In this document: in pieces, positions 8,756 through 16,115 of the stretch
Numbering within the stretch: the stretch's first letter is position 1
How the letters are laid out: each line of letters starts with the position of its first letter
From: a virus
Taxonomy: Duplodnaviria; Caudoviricetes
Length of the DNA stretch: 26,724 nt
Strand: one strand, 5' to 3'
Virus record (IMG/VR): IMGVR_UViG_3300046779_000818
Location: 1 to 26,724 of that record
Notes under the pieces: model-generated
Told to the model about the DNA's origin: nothing
Database searches by the model: none
Seen by the model: the letters and a program-made list of their open reading frames with translations, nothing else
Translations under genes and position numbers: made by a program

Positions 8756-9024
8756 TGTTAAATAAATTAAAACAATGGTTATTCCCTACAGAGGTAGATG
8801 GATTTAAATTTGATGCAACTGATCGTGATGGGGATGGCCTAATTCAAGAGGGTAGCCCTTTTGAAAGAAAGGTGACAGTTGTGAAGAAAACAACAAAGAA
8901 GGCAGCAGCAAAGAAGCCAGCAGCTAAGAAGCCAGTAGAAAAGAAGGCTCCAGCAAAGAAGACTCCTGCTAAGAAGTCTCCAGCAAAGAAAACTGCTCCA
9001 AAAAAGACTACTAAAAAGAAGTAA
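8755..9024 (+). CDS. histone H1-like PAKK-repeat protein with DxDGDG motif
   Basis: DRDGDGLIQEGSPFER followed by KKxPAKK repeats. Confidence 0.75.
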   Translation: MLNKLKQWLFPTEVDGFKFDATDRDGDGLIQEGSPFERKVTVVKKTTKKAAAKKPAAKKPVEKKAPAKKTPAKKSPAKKTAPKKTTKKK

Positions 9025-9146
9025 TGCCTACAGAAGAAACGTGTGAGATGGGGGGTTGCAGCAAGCCTGCAACCCACATCACTAGTACAGAAACTAAATA
9101 TATAGTAATTTGCGACGATTGTTATAACAGCAGGTATAAATCTTAA
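9024..9146 (+). CDS. small zinc-finger protein, 40 aa
   Basis: MPTEETCEMGGCSKPATH...ICDDCY; TAATG overlap. Confidence 0.65.
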   Translation: MPTEETCEMGGCSKPATHITSTETKYIVICDDCYNSRYKS

Positions 9147-9213
9147 AAATGCTATAATAGAGTATAAGCGGATGTTCTAGACCCGCTTAAATTAAACCTA
9201 TAGGAGAAATAAA

Positions 9214-9372
9214 ATGGCAGACGGAAAAGATCTAAATGGCTTCACAAGCCCAAAAGTAAATGACGCTCCAGTTTGGAACGGCGTACAGTATGCTGCAGAT
9301 CCAAAGCCAGCGTTTCCATCAACAGATAAATCATCACAGGATGGCGCAGGACTAGGCAACGGCGGTAAGTAA
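9214..9372 (+). CDS. hypothetical protein, 52 aa
   Basis: TATAAT at 9153, leader hairpin TAAGCGG/CCGCTTA, strong RBS AGGAG; MADGKDLNGFTSPK... Confidence 0.75.
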   Translation: MADGKDLNGFTSPKVNDAPVWNGVQYAADPKPAFPSTDKSSQDGAGLGNGGK

Positions 9373-9373
9373 T

Positions 9374-9535
9374 ATGTGCATTGATTGTGGATGCGGTATG
9401 GATACAGTTGGTATGGGAATGGGAGATGCAAAGATCCCTGGAGGAATGCTAGACGTATCTAGAGATGGAGAAGCTGGATTAACTTTGAATATGACAGCAA
9501 CTCCAGAACAAAGAGAAAGTTTCATTAATGAGTGA
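9374..9535 (+). CDS. small protein with N-terminal MCxxCGC metal-binding motif
   Basis: MCIDCGCGMDTVGMGMGD... Confidence 0.65.
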   Translation: MCIDCGCGMDTVGMGMGDAKIPGGMLDVSRDGEAGLTLNMTATPEQRESFINE

Positions 9536-9740
9536 AAATGGAACAGGAATGTCTACTCCACCTAATAATCAACCAGCAGGTGCAGTAACTTCACAAGAAG
9601 TTAGTAGGAAGAATCCAAGTCAAGGTAAGTTTAAATCTGGTGTAGGAAGACCTGCAGTTAAGATTGATACAAACAAGCATGGTATTCGTAGAGAAACTAA
9701 TTTAGTCCCAAAGAGGACTGGAAGATCGAAGAAGGTATAG
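9528..9740 (+). CDS. basic hypothetical protein
   Basis: ORF track; followed by a terminator. Confidence 0.7.
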   Translation: MSENGTGMSTPPNNQPAGAVTSQEVSRKNPSQGKFKSGVGRPAVKIDTNKHGIRRETNLVPKRTGRSKKV

Positions 9741-9742
9741 GC

Positions 9743-9770
9743 TAAACCCCCGAAAGGGGGTTTAGTTTTC
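9743..9770 (+). terminator. intrinsic terminator
   Basis: CTAAACCCCC-GAAA-GGGGGTTTAG then TTTT. Confidence 0.85.
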
Positions 9771-9771
9771 T

Positions 9772-9858
9772 ATGTGTAAGCAATGCGGTGATTGTACAAA
9801 ACAACATGAATATAGCATGGATGATGCTATTGACAGGTCCATTGACTCTATTGTATAA
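9772..9858 (+). CDS. possible 28-aa Cys-rich peptide
   Basis: MCKQCGDCTKQHEYSMDDAIDRSIDSIV*. Confidence 0.45.
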   Translation: MCKQCGDCTKQHEYSMDDAIDRSIDSIV

Positions 9859-9859
9859 T
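9830..9859 (+). promoter_or_regulatory. sigma-A consensus promoter
   Basis: TTGACA-N18-TATAAT. Confidence 0.7.
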
Positions 9860-9883
9860 TAAGATTCATAGGAAGAGGCGGAT

Positions 9884-10132
9884 ATGTGGGAAATGATACT
9901 CTTATTAGCAGCATTTGCTTGTGGTATTGGAATTGGTAAAGCTAGAGCCACGAATGCTGATATAACAAATAGAACTAGTTATATGCAAGATTTGATTGAT
10001 GAAGCATATGAAAAGCGTGATGCCATGAAAAGGAATTGGCTTGATGCAGAAGAAAAAGCGGAAACATGGGAACGCAGATACTGGTCACTTTGGGAAGATA
10101 TAACAGAAGAGGACGAAGAAGATGGATCTTGA
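9884..10132 (+). CDS. N-terminal TM + coiled-coil hypothetical protein
   Basis: ORF track; GAGG RBS. Confidence 0.7.
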   Translation: MWEMILLLAAFACGIGIGKARATNADITNRTSYMQDLIDEAYEKRDAMKRNWLDAEEKAETWERRYWSLWEDITEEDEEDGS

Positions 10133-10382
10133 AGCAGCAGAAACATCTCATTTAAGAGATCCTAGAGATCAAATTAGTTATAAAAAAACTAGCTGGGCAT
10201 GCCCTTGTAATGGGTGCAAAAAGGCTGCTAAAAGAGAGCGGGAAAGAATTGCTGGACTTATTCAAGAACAGCATTTGCTTTCGGCATCAGGTGAATTAAG
10301 GCGGTATGGTTTAAGAATGGTGGAATGCATGACAGGTACATGTGATTGTTATGCAATTATAGATATGATTATGGAAGATTAA
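10122..10382 (+). CDS. Cys-containing hypothetical protein
   Basis: CPCNGC and C...CDC. Confidence 0.7.
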   Translation: MDLEAAETSHLRDPRDQISYKKTSWACPCNGCKKAAKRERERIAGLIQEQHLLSASGELRRYGLRMVECMTGTCDCYAIIDMIMED

Positions 10383-10541
10383 ATGTATAAGATATATGAA
10401 AAAGCAATTAGTCTTTCTGTAATTACTAAGCGTCCAGAAAAATGGCTATTGATAGACAGAGAAACTGGTCAGATTTATCAGGGAAATCCTAATGGATATT
10501 GGGACAAAATGGAGATTAAAGTGAGGGAAAATAATGAATAA
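10383..10541 (+). CDS. hypothetical protein, 52 aa
   Basis: MYKIYEKAISLSVITKRPEKWLLIDRETGQIYQGNPNGYWD... Confidence 0.7.
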   Translation: MYKIYEKAISLSVITKRPEKWLLIDRETGQIYQGNPNGYWDKMEIKVRENNE

Positions 10542-10671
10542 AAAGATAATTACAGCATTAATAGCTATATCAGCATTCCTTGCTATTACTGCTTTGACAT
10601 ACAAATCATTAGAAGGTTTAGATCAATTAGATCTAAGTGATCCATTTGAAGTTGAACTAGACGATGAGTAA
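10534..10671 (+). CDS. small membrane/secreted protein, 45 aa
   Basis: MNKKIITALIAISAFLAITALTYKSLEGLDQLDLSDPFEVELDDE*; GAGGG RBS. Confidence 0.7.
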   Translation: MNKKIITALIAISAFLAITALTYKSLEGLDQLDLSDPFEVELDDE

Positions 10672-11077
10672 CCTTGAATTAGGTCAAATGCTTTTAAGCA
10701 ATAATGACTGGCATCAATATGAGTGTAATTGGGCTCAGGATGGATTAACTTTAATTGCAGAGGTAATTGCTGAGATTCGTGGAAAATCTTATGGCACATA
10801 TGGGTGGGATGGACTGCTCACATCAAATTCTGGGGCTGAAGAGTATGTCAACGATGTATTTGAAATGCGTTCATATTGTTGGTGTGATGCTGGATGGGAT
10901 GAAAATCCAGATCATCCTCATGCTAAGGGTTGTCCACCAAACTTTTTGTATAAGCCAAATGGCATGATAATTACATGGTACAAGCATGCTGCTCGTGGAA
11001 CAACTTCAAACAAAAGTTATCCAGGTGCTAGGACTTGGTTTGAAATAGTGAAAGATTGTATCAGGAGTGTAGAATGA
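10664..11077 (+). CDS. hypothetical protein
   Basis: ORF track; NDVFEMRSYCWCD...PNF...WYKH. Confidence 0.75.
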   Translation: MSNLELGQMLLSNNDWHQYECNWAQDGLTLIAEVIAEIRGKSYGTYGWDGLLTSNSGAEEYVNDVFEMRSYCWCDAGWDENPDHPHAKGCPPNFLYKPNGMIITWYKHAARGTTSNKSYPGARTWFEIVKDCIRSVE

Positions 11078-11262
11078 CACACGATGAATTGCTAATTGAA
11101 ATAAATAGAAGGCTAGATGTTGCACTTTACAATGGTGATCCTCAAATAGCTCATGCCCTTCGTGCAGTAGTTGAGTATATTAAGCCTAATGATTGGGACT
11201 TTACTGATGAAAGATATAATAAGCTAGAGATATTTAAGATTATTGAAAGAGAGCTAAAATGA
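11074..11262 (+). CDS. hypothetical protein
   Basis: AGGAG RBS, ATGA overlap; MTHDELL...ALRAVVE. Confidence 0.7.
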   Translation: MTHDELLIEINRRLDVALYNGDPQIAHALRAVVEYIKPNDWDFTDERYNKLEIFKIIERELK

Positions 11263-11429
11263 TTAAAACATTTTTAACAGGGGCAGTACCAGTAGGTTTA
11301 TTTGTGTATCTTGTAATGTTTCATACAACAGTATTTCTTGTGTTTTTTATTGGGCTTGGATTAGCTCTTGCTTCATATATGGTTGGTGAAGCAATTAGAG
11401 AAGAGTTTTTTAAGGATAAAAATGGGTAA
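11259..11429 (+). CDS. small two-TM membrane protein, 56 aa
   Basis: MIKTFLTGAVPVGLFVYLVMFHTTVFLVFFIGLGLALASYMVGE... Confidence 0.7.
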   Translation: MIKTFLTGAVPVGLFVYLVMFHTTVFLVFFIGLGLALASYMVGEAIREEFFKDKNG

Positions 11430-11697
11430 AAAGAAAATTGATCGCCCAGCATATATTATTAAGGTTACTCGTGACTGGAGATATGGAAAGAGAGCCAGAT
11501 TCTGGGAGATACAAAAGTGGTATCAGATGGGTACAAAGTCAGATGAAGGATACTGGAGTCGTGCCTGTAAGGGTGGTCTTGCATACACTGAATGGGGCAT
11601 GTGGAGAGCTATTGATAAAAAGTTAAAGAAAATGTCTTACGGCTATTATGAAAACTATTTTAGTTTAGATAGAAATCCAATCGAGGAGCCTAAATGA
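11422..11697 (+). CDS. hypothetical protein (Trp/Tyr/Lys rich)
   Basis: AAGGA RBS before MGKKKID. Confidence 0.7.
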   Translation: MGKKKIDRPAYIIKVTRDWRYGKRARFWEIQKWYQMGTKSDEGYWSRACKGGLAYTEWGMWRAIDKKLKKMSYGYYENYFSLDRNPIEEPK

Positions 11698-11888
11698 CCC
11701 CTACTTGCGACAGATGCAGCATGAAGTTTAGCTCCTCCATATTCTGGGACTGGCATAAGGTTAGCTCAGACCGCATGGTAATGTGTAGAAATGGGGCGGG
11801 GAAGCCATATACAAAACCAAAGAATTATAATATAATAACCAATATAGATAACACATACATTAATTTAGGTCATATTGATCGCAATTAG
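11694..11888 (+). CDS. zinc-finger-like hypothetical protein
   Basis: GAGGAG RBS; CDRC...H. Confidence 0.65.
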   Translation: MTPTCDRCSMKFSSSIFWDWHKVSSDRMVMCRNGAGKPYTKPKNYNIITNIDNTYINLGHIDRN

Positions 11889-11925
11889 TGAAGCGAAAAG
11901 TGCAGCGGAAAGAGAGAAGACATAA

Positions 11926-12147
11926 ATGTATATAGCAGAATGTACTGGCATGGATAAAGCATTTAAGGCACAGACCATATACGCAGCATGCGTAAAGCTG
12001 GTCGAAGAATCTATGCCTGGAATTAATCCAGAATCAGCCAGAGAATTGGGTAGAATTAAGGCGGAATCCTTGATCTATTCTAAGATTACTCATAATGAAT
12101 GGGATTCAATTATCGACGGGCTGAAGAAAGAGATTAAAGTAAAATGA
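11926..12147 (+). CDS. hypothetical protein
   Basis: ORF track. Confidence 0.65.
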   Translation: MYIAECTGMDKAFKAQTIYAACVKLVEESMPGINPESARELGRIKAESLIYSKITHNEWDSIIDGLKKEIKVK

Positions 12148-12281
12148 TTCTTGGTAGAATTATATGTAGAATAAAAGGACATAAAGAGCTAATTACGGCT
12201 GGATCATGTCCATTTACTGGCTCAACATATGACTATTGTGAAAGATGTGGAGCTATGATCCCTAGAGAGGTAGCAGAATGA
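12144..12281 (+). CDS. small zinc-binding protein (C..GH...CxRC)
   Basis: MILGRIICRIKGHK...CPFTG..YDYCERCG; ATGA overlaps at both ends. Confidence 0.7.
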   Translation: MILGRIICRIKGHKELITAGSCPFTGSTYDYCERCGAMIPREVAE

Positions 12282-12664
12282 AAGAAATTACCACACCAGA
12301 GCATAGAACACGCATAGTACCTTTGCGCTTTATTGCCAATAATGTGTTTCATCCTATTTCAATGTGGTTCTTTCATATTGGACTTAGACATAACGATAAA
12401 TTAGAGTGGGATTCAGAGTATAAGTGGCATAACCGATTCATGGAAGCTTTTGGATTTAGGTTATATAAACTATTTGACTATCCCTATGAGTGGTGGGGAA
12501 CAGTATATAAACTAGACATGGATGCACTAAAAGAAAGTCTAGAAGATATAGATATGAGCGGGGAAGCCTGGGATGATTACGATGATAATGGTACTCCATA
12601 TTGGGATTATTGGTGGAATGAAGATCCAATTACAGGAGATGCTTGGAGAATAGTTCGTAAATGA
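12278..12664 (+). CDS. hypothetical protein
   Basis: GAGG RBS; ORF track. Confidence 0.75.
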   Translation: MKEITTPEHRTRIVPLRFIANNVFHPISMWFFHIGLRHNDKLEWDSEYKWHNRFMEAFGFRLYKLFDYPYEWWGTVYKLDMDALKESLEDIDMSGEAWDDYDDNGTPYWDYWWNEDPITGDAWRIVRK

Positions 12665-12744
12665 AAATTGCATTTGGTATACTAGTATTTCTGTTTTTAT
12701 TTTTAAATTACATGGCATGGTTACAGAGCCAGAATTGGGGATAA
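12661..12744 (+). CDS. 27-aa membrane peptide
   Basis: MKIAFGILVFLFLFLNYMAWLQSQNWG*; ATGA overlap. Confidence 0.55.
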   Translation: MKIAFGILVFLFLFLNYMAWLQSQNWG

Positions 12745-12749
12745 ACTAG

Positions 12750-12920
12750 TTGACTAAGAATAATCTATTTTGTGAACATACATATAAATACATGTATGCT
12801 AATCCTTGTCCAAAATGTGGCGGGGAAACCCATGAAATTGATTGGAAACTAGTAGCAGAACAACATAAGGATTGGATAGCATCAGGAAAGGCGGTAGCTC
12901 AAGGATGGTGGAGTATATGA
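12750..12920 (+). CDS. small zinc-ribbon protein
   Basis: TTG start; CEH...CPKCGGETHEIDW. Confidence 0.6.
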   Translation: MTKNNLFCEHTYKYMYANPCPKCGGETHEIDWKLVAEQHKDWIASGKAVAQGWWSI

Positions 12921-13051
12921 GTATAGTATGCAAGTGTGATAAATCATCCCTATTTCCTAGATGTAATAAGAATCCAGAATATTGCCCAAGAGTCGAAGAA
13001 AATAAGATCCAAGACGACATATGGGCTTCACAAATTTCATTTGAAGAATAG
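12917..13051 (+). CDS. small Cys-rich protein, 44 aa
   Basis: MSIVCKCDKSSLFPRCNKNPEYCP...; ATGA overlap. Confidence 0.6.
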   Translation: MSIVCKCDKSSLFPRCNKNPEYCPRVEENKIQDDIWASQISFEE

Positions 13052-13062
13052 GGGCGGGAGAA

Positions 13063-13194
13063 ATGGGAATCCTAGATAACCTAGAAGCATATATAGAATA
13101 TATAGAGTCATATAGAGTACCTTGCAGTATATGCAAGAAGATATTCCTCAAATCAAATGAGGATCCATTTACATGTTTAATCTGCTCCAAGTAG
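13063..13194 (+). CDS. small zinc-finger protein, 43 aa (last + strand gene)
   Basis: GGGAG RBS; CSIC...CLIC. Confidence 0.6.
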   Translation: MGILDNLEAYIEYIESYRVPCSICKKIFLKSNEDPFTCLICSK

Positions 13195-13292
13195 CGCTGT
13201 GAACCATTTAGAAATTGTTTTACGCTAAAGGATAGCTTCTCCTATTCCCCCTCCCAAAATCTCCCTTGTATGGGCATTCTATGCCCTTTTAT

Positions 13293-13320
13293 GTGGAGTA
13301 AAGTGGAGTATTGTGGAGAG
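13293..13320 (+). repeat. three GTGGAG direct repeats at 10-bp period (MraZ-box-like or iterons)
   Basis: GTGGAGTA 13293, GTGGAGTA 13303, GTGGAGAG 13313; AT-rich tract follows. Confidence 0.7.
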
Positions 13321-13560
13321 AAATGGTTATTAATTTACTATCAATTATTGGTAATTATTATATATAGATATATACATGTAATTGACCATCTCATTATATA
13401 AGACGTAATCCCATTTGTAGCAAATTTTCAGCGATTTGTCAATACCTGTCGTAAATGGCATATTTGGCCCATTCTGTCAACATTTCTGGGATATAAAAAT
13501 GCTCCCGTAAACGGGAAAATTTGCCCACAATTTTGACAGATTTGGATCTCATTATGTGAG

Positions 13561-13597
13561 ATTCTATATACATTTATTTAAATTCTATATACATTTA
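13561..13597. repeat. 16-bp direct repeat ATTCTATATACATTTA x2
   Basis: 13561-13576 and 13582-13597. Confidence 0.8.
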
Positions 13598-13679
13598 ATT
13601 ACATTTAGATCAAAATTTCCAGGATTTTTTTCATTCGTCGTAAAAGCGCTAAGCTGCCCTCATTTTGAAAATAGAAAAA

Positions 13680-13712
13680 GGGACAAATTGGACATCTCTG
13701 TCCAACTGTCCC
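13680..13712 (-). terminator. terminator of the minus-strand arm
   Basis: GGGACA..TTGGACA / TGTCCAA.TGTCCC inverted repeat followed by a U-tract on the minus strand. Confidence 0.65.
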
Positions 13713-13730
13713 AATTACTTCTATTTAGAT

Positions 13731-14015
13731 CTAAGGCAGTTTGATGTTATTGAATTGATTTGCTTGCTTTATCTTATCTACAAGTTGGTCTAGTTTATAT
13801 GCTATAGCAAGACCTTCGGAGACTTCTTGATGTCCCGCCCGTTCTTCATAGACACGAGCATTCTTCTCAATAATCCAGAGAACTACCTCCATGACCCTGT
13901 CGATAGTCCATATAGGTTGCTGTGATAGATAATATCCTAGACTTGCTGGATTGAAGTAATGGTCTTCTACTGAGTTTGCTAGTAGTTCTCCCACCTTGTG
14001 TTCTTTTGTTGCCAT
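13731..14015 (-). CDS. hypothetical protein
   Basis: ACGAAAGG RBS; ORF track. Confidence 0.8.
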   Translation of the reverse strand: MATKEHKVGELLANSVEDHYFNPASLGYYLSQQPIWTIDRVMEVVLWIIEKNARVYEERAGHQEVSEGLAIAYKLDQLVDKIKQANQFNNIKLP

Positions 14016-14038
14016 TGTATCCGCCTTTCGTTTTGTCG

Positions 14039-14060
14039 ATTATATCAGAAGGGGCTGACT
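14039..14060 (-). promoter_or_regulatory. variant PafBC-type promoter
   Basis: AGTCAG-N10-TATAAT (one mismatch); overlaps hairpin 14051-14072. Confidence 0.55.
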
Positions 14061-14089
14061 TTCGCCAGCCCCCGTCTCAATATATGAGA

Positions 14090-14236
14090 TTACTTCTTTG
14101 GGGTCTTGACTTCAGCTGAGAACTTAATTCCATTTTGTTCCGCCTCTGCCAAAGCCTGCTTCGCTGCACCTGAGAAACGGCCACGGCGGCCAACAGTAAT
14201 TCCCTTGCTTGCTAGATATTCACGCTTTGTTGTCAT
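14090..14236 (-). CDS. Lsr2 DNA-binding-domain-like small protein, 48 aa
   Basis: MTTKREYLASKGITVGRRGRFSGAAKQALAEAE: RE....G..V..RGR pattern of the Lsr2 C-domain; GAAAGGA RBS. Confidence 0.65.
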   Translation of the reverse strand: MTTKREYLASKGITVGRRGRFSGAAKQALAEAEQNGIKFSAEVKTPKK

Positions 14237-14267
14237 TTGTTTGATCCTTTCATGATCGGTTATATTT

Positions 14268-14296
14268 ATTATATCTGATATTCACGAATTTGTAAA
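14268..14296 (-). promoter_or_regulatory. sigma-A promoter for the Lsr2-like gene
   Basis: TTTACA-N17-TATAAT. Confidence 0.65.
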
Positions 14297-14313
14297 TACC
14301 CTCGTAAGAGAAA

Positions 14314-14553
14314 TTATTTGCCCTCAATTAGAATCCCATTTTCCATTGATGGCCATTCATCCTCTATATCTTTATTTAGTTGTATATCTACGAGCTCCAC
14401 CTCAATTGGTTCAATTACATCATCTGTTTCCAATTGAGACCACTTGTGGGACTCTAAATTTGCTGCTATGTCGTATGCCTGGTCCGCATCTGCCGCTTCT
14501 ACATTGACGGCATAATCGGACATAAGACGACCAATTACTTTAAATGTCTTCAA
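14314..14553 (-). CDS. acidic hypothetical protein
   Basis: TTG start after GAGGG; VEAADADQAYDIA. Confidence 0.7.
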   Translation of the reverse strand: MKTFKVIGRLMSDYAVNVEAADADQAYDIAANLESHKWSQLETDDVIEPIEVELVDIQLNKDIEDEWPSMENGILIEGK

Positions 14554-14773
14554 GTAATTCCCTCATTTCCCACTCTGCATATGTACGGACAATAAAGTCC
14601 TTACCTAGATTGTAGCAATATTCACAAGCATCTGTCAAGGACTCTGTCTCATATATTGGAAGCTGAACTGGTTCAATTCCTTCCTTATCATAGATCTCAA
14701 ATGTTCTAGTTCCTCCTGGTGATACATCGTATGCAATTTCCAGGATTTCTAAGCTTGGTGCATAATTACTCAT
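14540..14773 (-). CDS. hypothetical protein
   Basis: GGGGGA RBS; ORF track. Confidence 0.7.
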   Translation of the reverse strand: MSNYAPSLEILEIAYDVSPGGTRTFEIYDKEGIEPVQLPIYETESLTDACEYCYNLGKDFIVRTYAEWEMRELLEDI

Positions 14774-14894
14774 TTGGTCCCCCGTCCCTCTCGATAATAG
14801 ATCTAACTAAATCTTTAGCCAAATCTTCGTGCCCGTTTTGAATCCAGGCACGGGCTAATTCTAATTTGTAATTAATTAACTCCTGATCATTCAT
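14766..14894 (-). CDS. hypothetical protein, 42 aa
   Basis: MNDQELINYKLELARAWIQNGHEDLAKDLVRSIIERDGGPNE*; fills the operon gap. Confidence 0.65.
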   Translation of the reverse strand: MNDQELINYKLELARAWIQNGHEDLAKDLVRSIIERDGGPNE

Positions 14895-15219
14895 CATCTT
14901 CCTCCTCAACAAGTTCAATGATTTCCTGGTCAATCATCCAGTCACGTAGTGATTCATATAGGTCCTCAGTCCCATATTCTAAACTAAATCCATTTTTATC
15001 TGCCTGTGTCCAGAACAATTCCCAGACCTCTTCTTCACCCATGGTGACGCAGTACTCATCGTCTCCGCCTTCCTGAATGTCTCTGTATAGGTCCCTTGCA
15101 ACATCCCAAACATAAACCCAAACTAAGGGTTGTCCAACTGGGAGCACGGAAATCTTTTCAATGATGTCTTCGATATCATGATATACGTCCTGCATGCGTG
15201 TTTGTTCTTGTAGGTCCAT
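14887..15219 (-). CDS. acidic hypothetical protein
   Basis: TAATG overlap; ORF track. Confidence 0.75.
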   Translation of the reverse strand: MDLQEQTRMQDVYHDIEDIIEKISVLPVGQPLVWVYVWDVARDLYRDIQEGGDDEYCVTMGEEEVWELFWTQADKNGFSLEYGTEDLYESLRDWMIDQEIIELVEEEDDE

Positions 15220-15500
15220 TATTCTCCAGCCTCCCTTGCCGCCAAGGCAAAACTAATGTCGTATGTGTATTTGTACATCATTGTGAGAGCGTCTAGAAAT
15301 CCTTCTTCGTACTTACGCTCCATGGATTCCATTGCGTCTGAGTAGTCGTTCTCCTCCTCAATACGCTGTGCTTCTGCGTAACGGGCTTCTGCCTCCAGCA
15401 TGTCAATCTTTAATTGGCCATGCATGATATCAATGCCGCTAACTCCAGCCTCAACTAAGCGCTGTAGATGTGGGTCCAACTTGTCCGCCTGCTCTTGCAT
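15219..15500 (-). CDS. acidic hypothetical protein
   Basis: AAGGAG RBS; TAATG overlap. Confidence 0.75.
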   Translation of the reverse strand: MQEQADKLDPHLQRLVEAGVSGIDIMHGQLKIDMLEAEARYAEAQRIEEENDYSDAMESMERKYEEGFLDALTMMYKYTYDISFALAAREAGE

Positions 15501-15715
15501 TATTTCTCCTTTGTTTTGGCCAGTATATCACGAGCCACTGACAATAAGTGGGCGGTAGCAATGATTTGCCCGTTAGTAGAGATATCCTCAATCTCCAAAG
15601 CATGGTATTCATTTGATTCCATTTCCTCAAATAAATCCATTTCAACTTGTAGAGCCTCTGAATCTTGTTCTAAGCTAATTAAATGTAACTTCATATATTC
15701 GATCATTTCTTCCAT
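15500..15715 (-). CDS. acidic hypothetical protein
   Basis: TAATG overlaps. Confidence 0.75.
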   Translation of the reverse strand: MEEMIEYMKLHLISLEQDSEALQVEMDLFEEMESNEYHALEIEDISTNGQIIATAHLLSVARDILAKTKEK

Positions 15716-15885
15716 TATTCAAAATACCCCTCTGCCCATAAGCCTTGTAAGAACGATAAACTTGTTTTAAGTCCGCCTAGATTTCTATCAGAAATTGACG
15801 GGGTCTGAGAAGATTCTTCAATCTGAATAACTTCTGCTAATGAATCCATCATTATATTTAAATCCTCTAAGTCATAGCCTAGCAT
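15715..15885 (-). CDS. hypothetical protein, 56 aa
   Basis: MLGYDLEDLNIM...FLQGLWAEGYFE*; GAGGAGG RBS; TAATG overlaps. Confidence 0.75.
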   Translation of the reverse strand: MLGYDLEDLNIMMDSLAEVIQIEESSQTPSISDRNLGGLKTSLSFLQGLWAEGYFE

Positions 15886-16115
15886 TATGCCTCCTCATCA
15901 AACTCTAGATAATATTGGTTGTCAGGTTCTAAATCATAAAATTGATTAAACCTACCTTTTAGATAATTGCTAGATGACATATCTGCAATTCTCCAATCTG
16001 CATACAGTTGGCCTTCATCTAAATTAGAATTCATCCAATCATCTAACAATTGTTCTGCAATTTCTTGCAATTCAGCGTCAATCACCATTTGGTTTTCGTT
16101 TTCTAAGAAACTCAT
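15885..16115 (-). CDS. acidic hypothetical protein
   Basis: MSFLENENQMV...; ATGA overlap with the upstream gene. Confidence 0.75.
   Translation of the reverse strand: MSFLENENQMVIDAELQEIAEQLLDDWMNSNLDEGQLYADWRIADMSSSNYLKGRFNQFYDLEPDNQYYLEFDEEA

Noticed and set aside
13556-13744. 62-aa plus ORF with repeated FYIHL
   Set aside because: Translation of the 16-bp DNA direct repeat; crosses the terminator hairpin.
15790-15812. GGGGTCTGAGA, resembling the promoter motif
   Set aside because: Mismatch in the TGTC core, no TAnnnT at the 10-nt spacing, and it lies inside a coding sequence.
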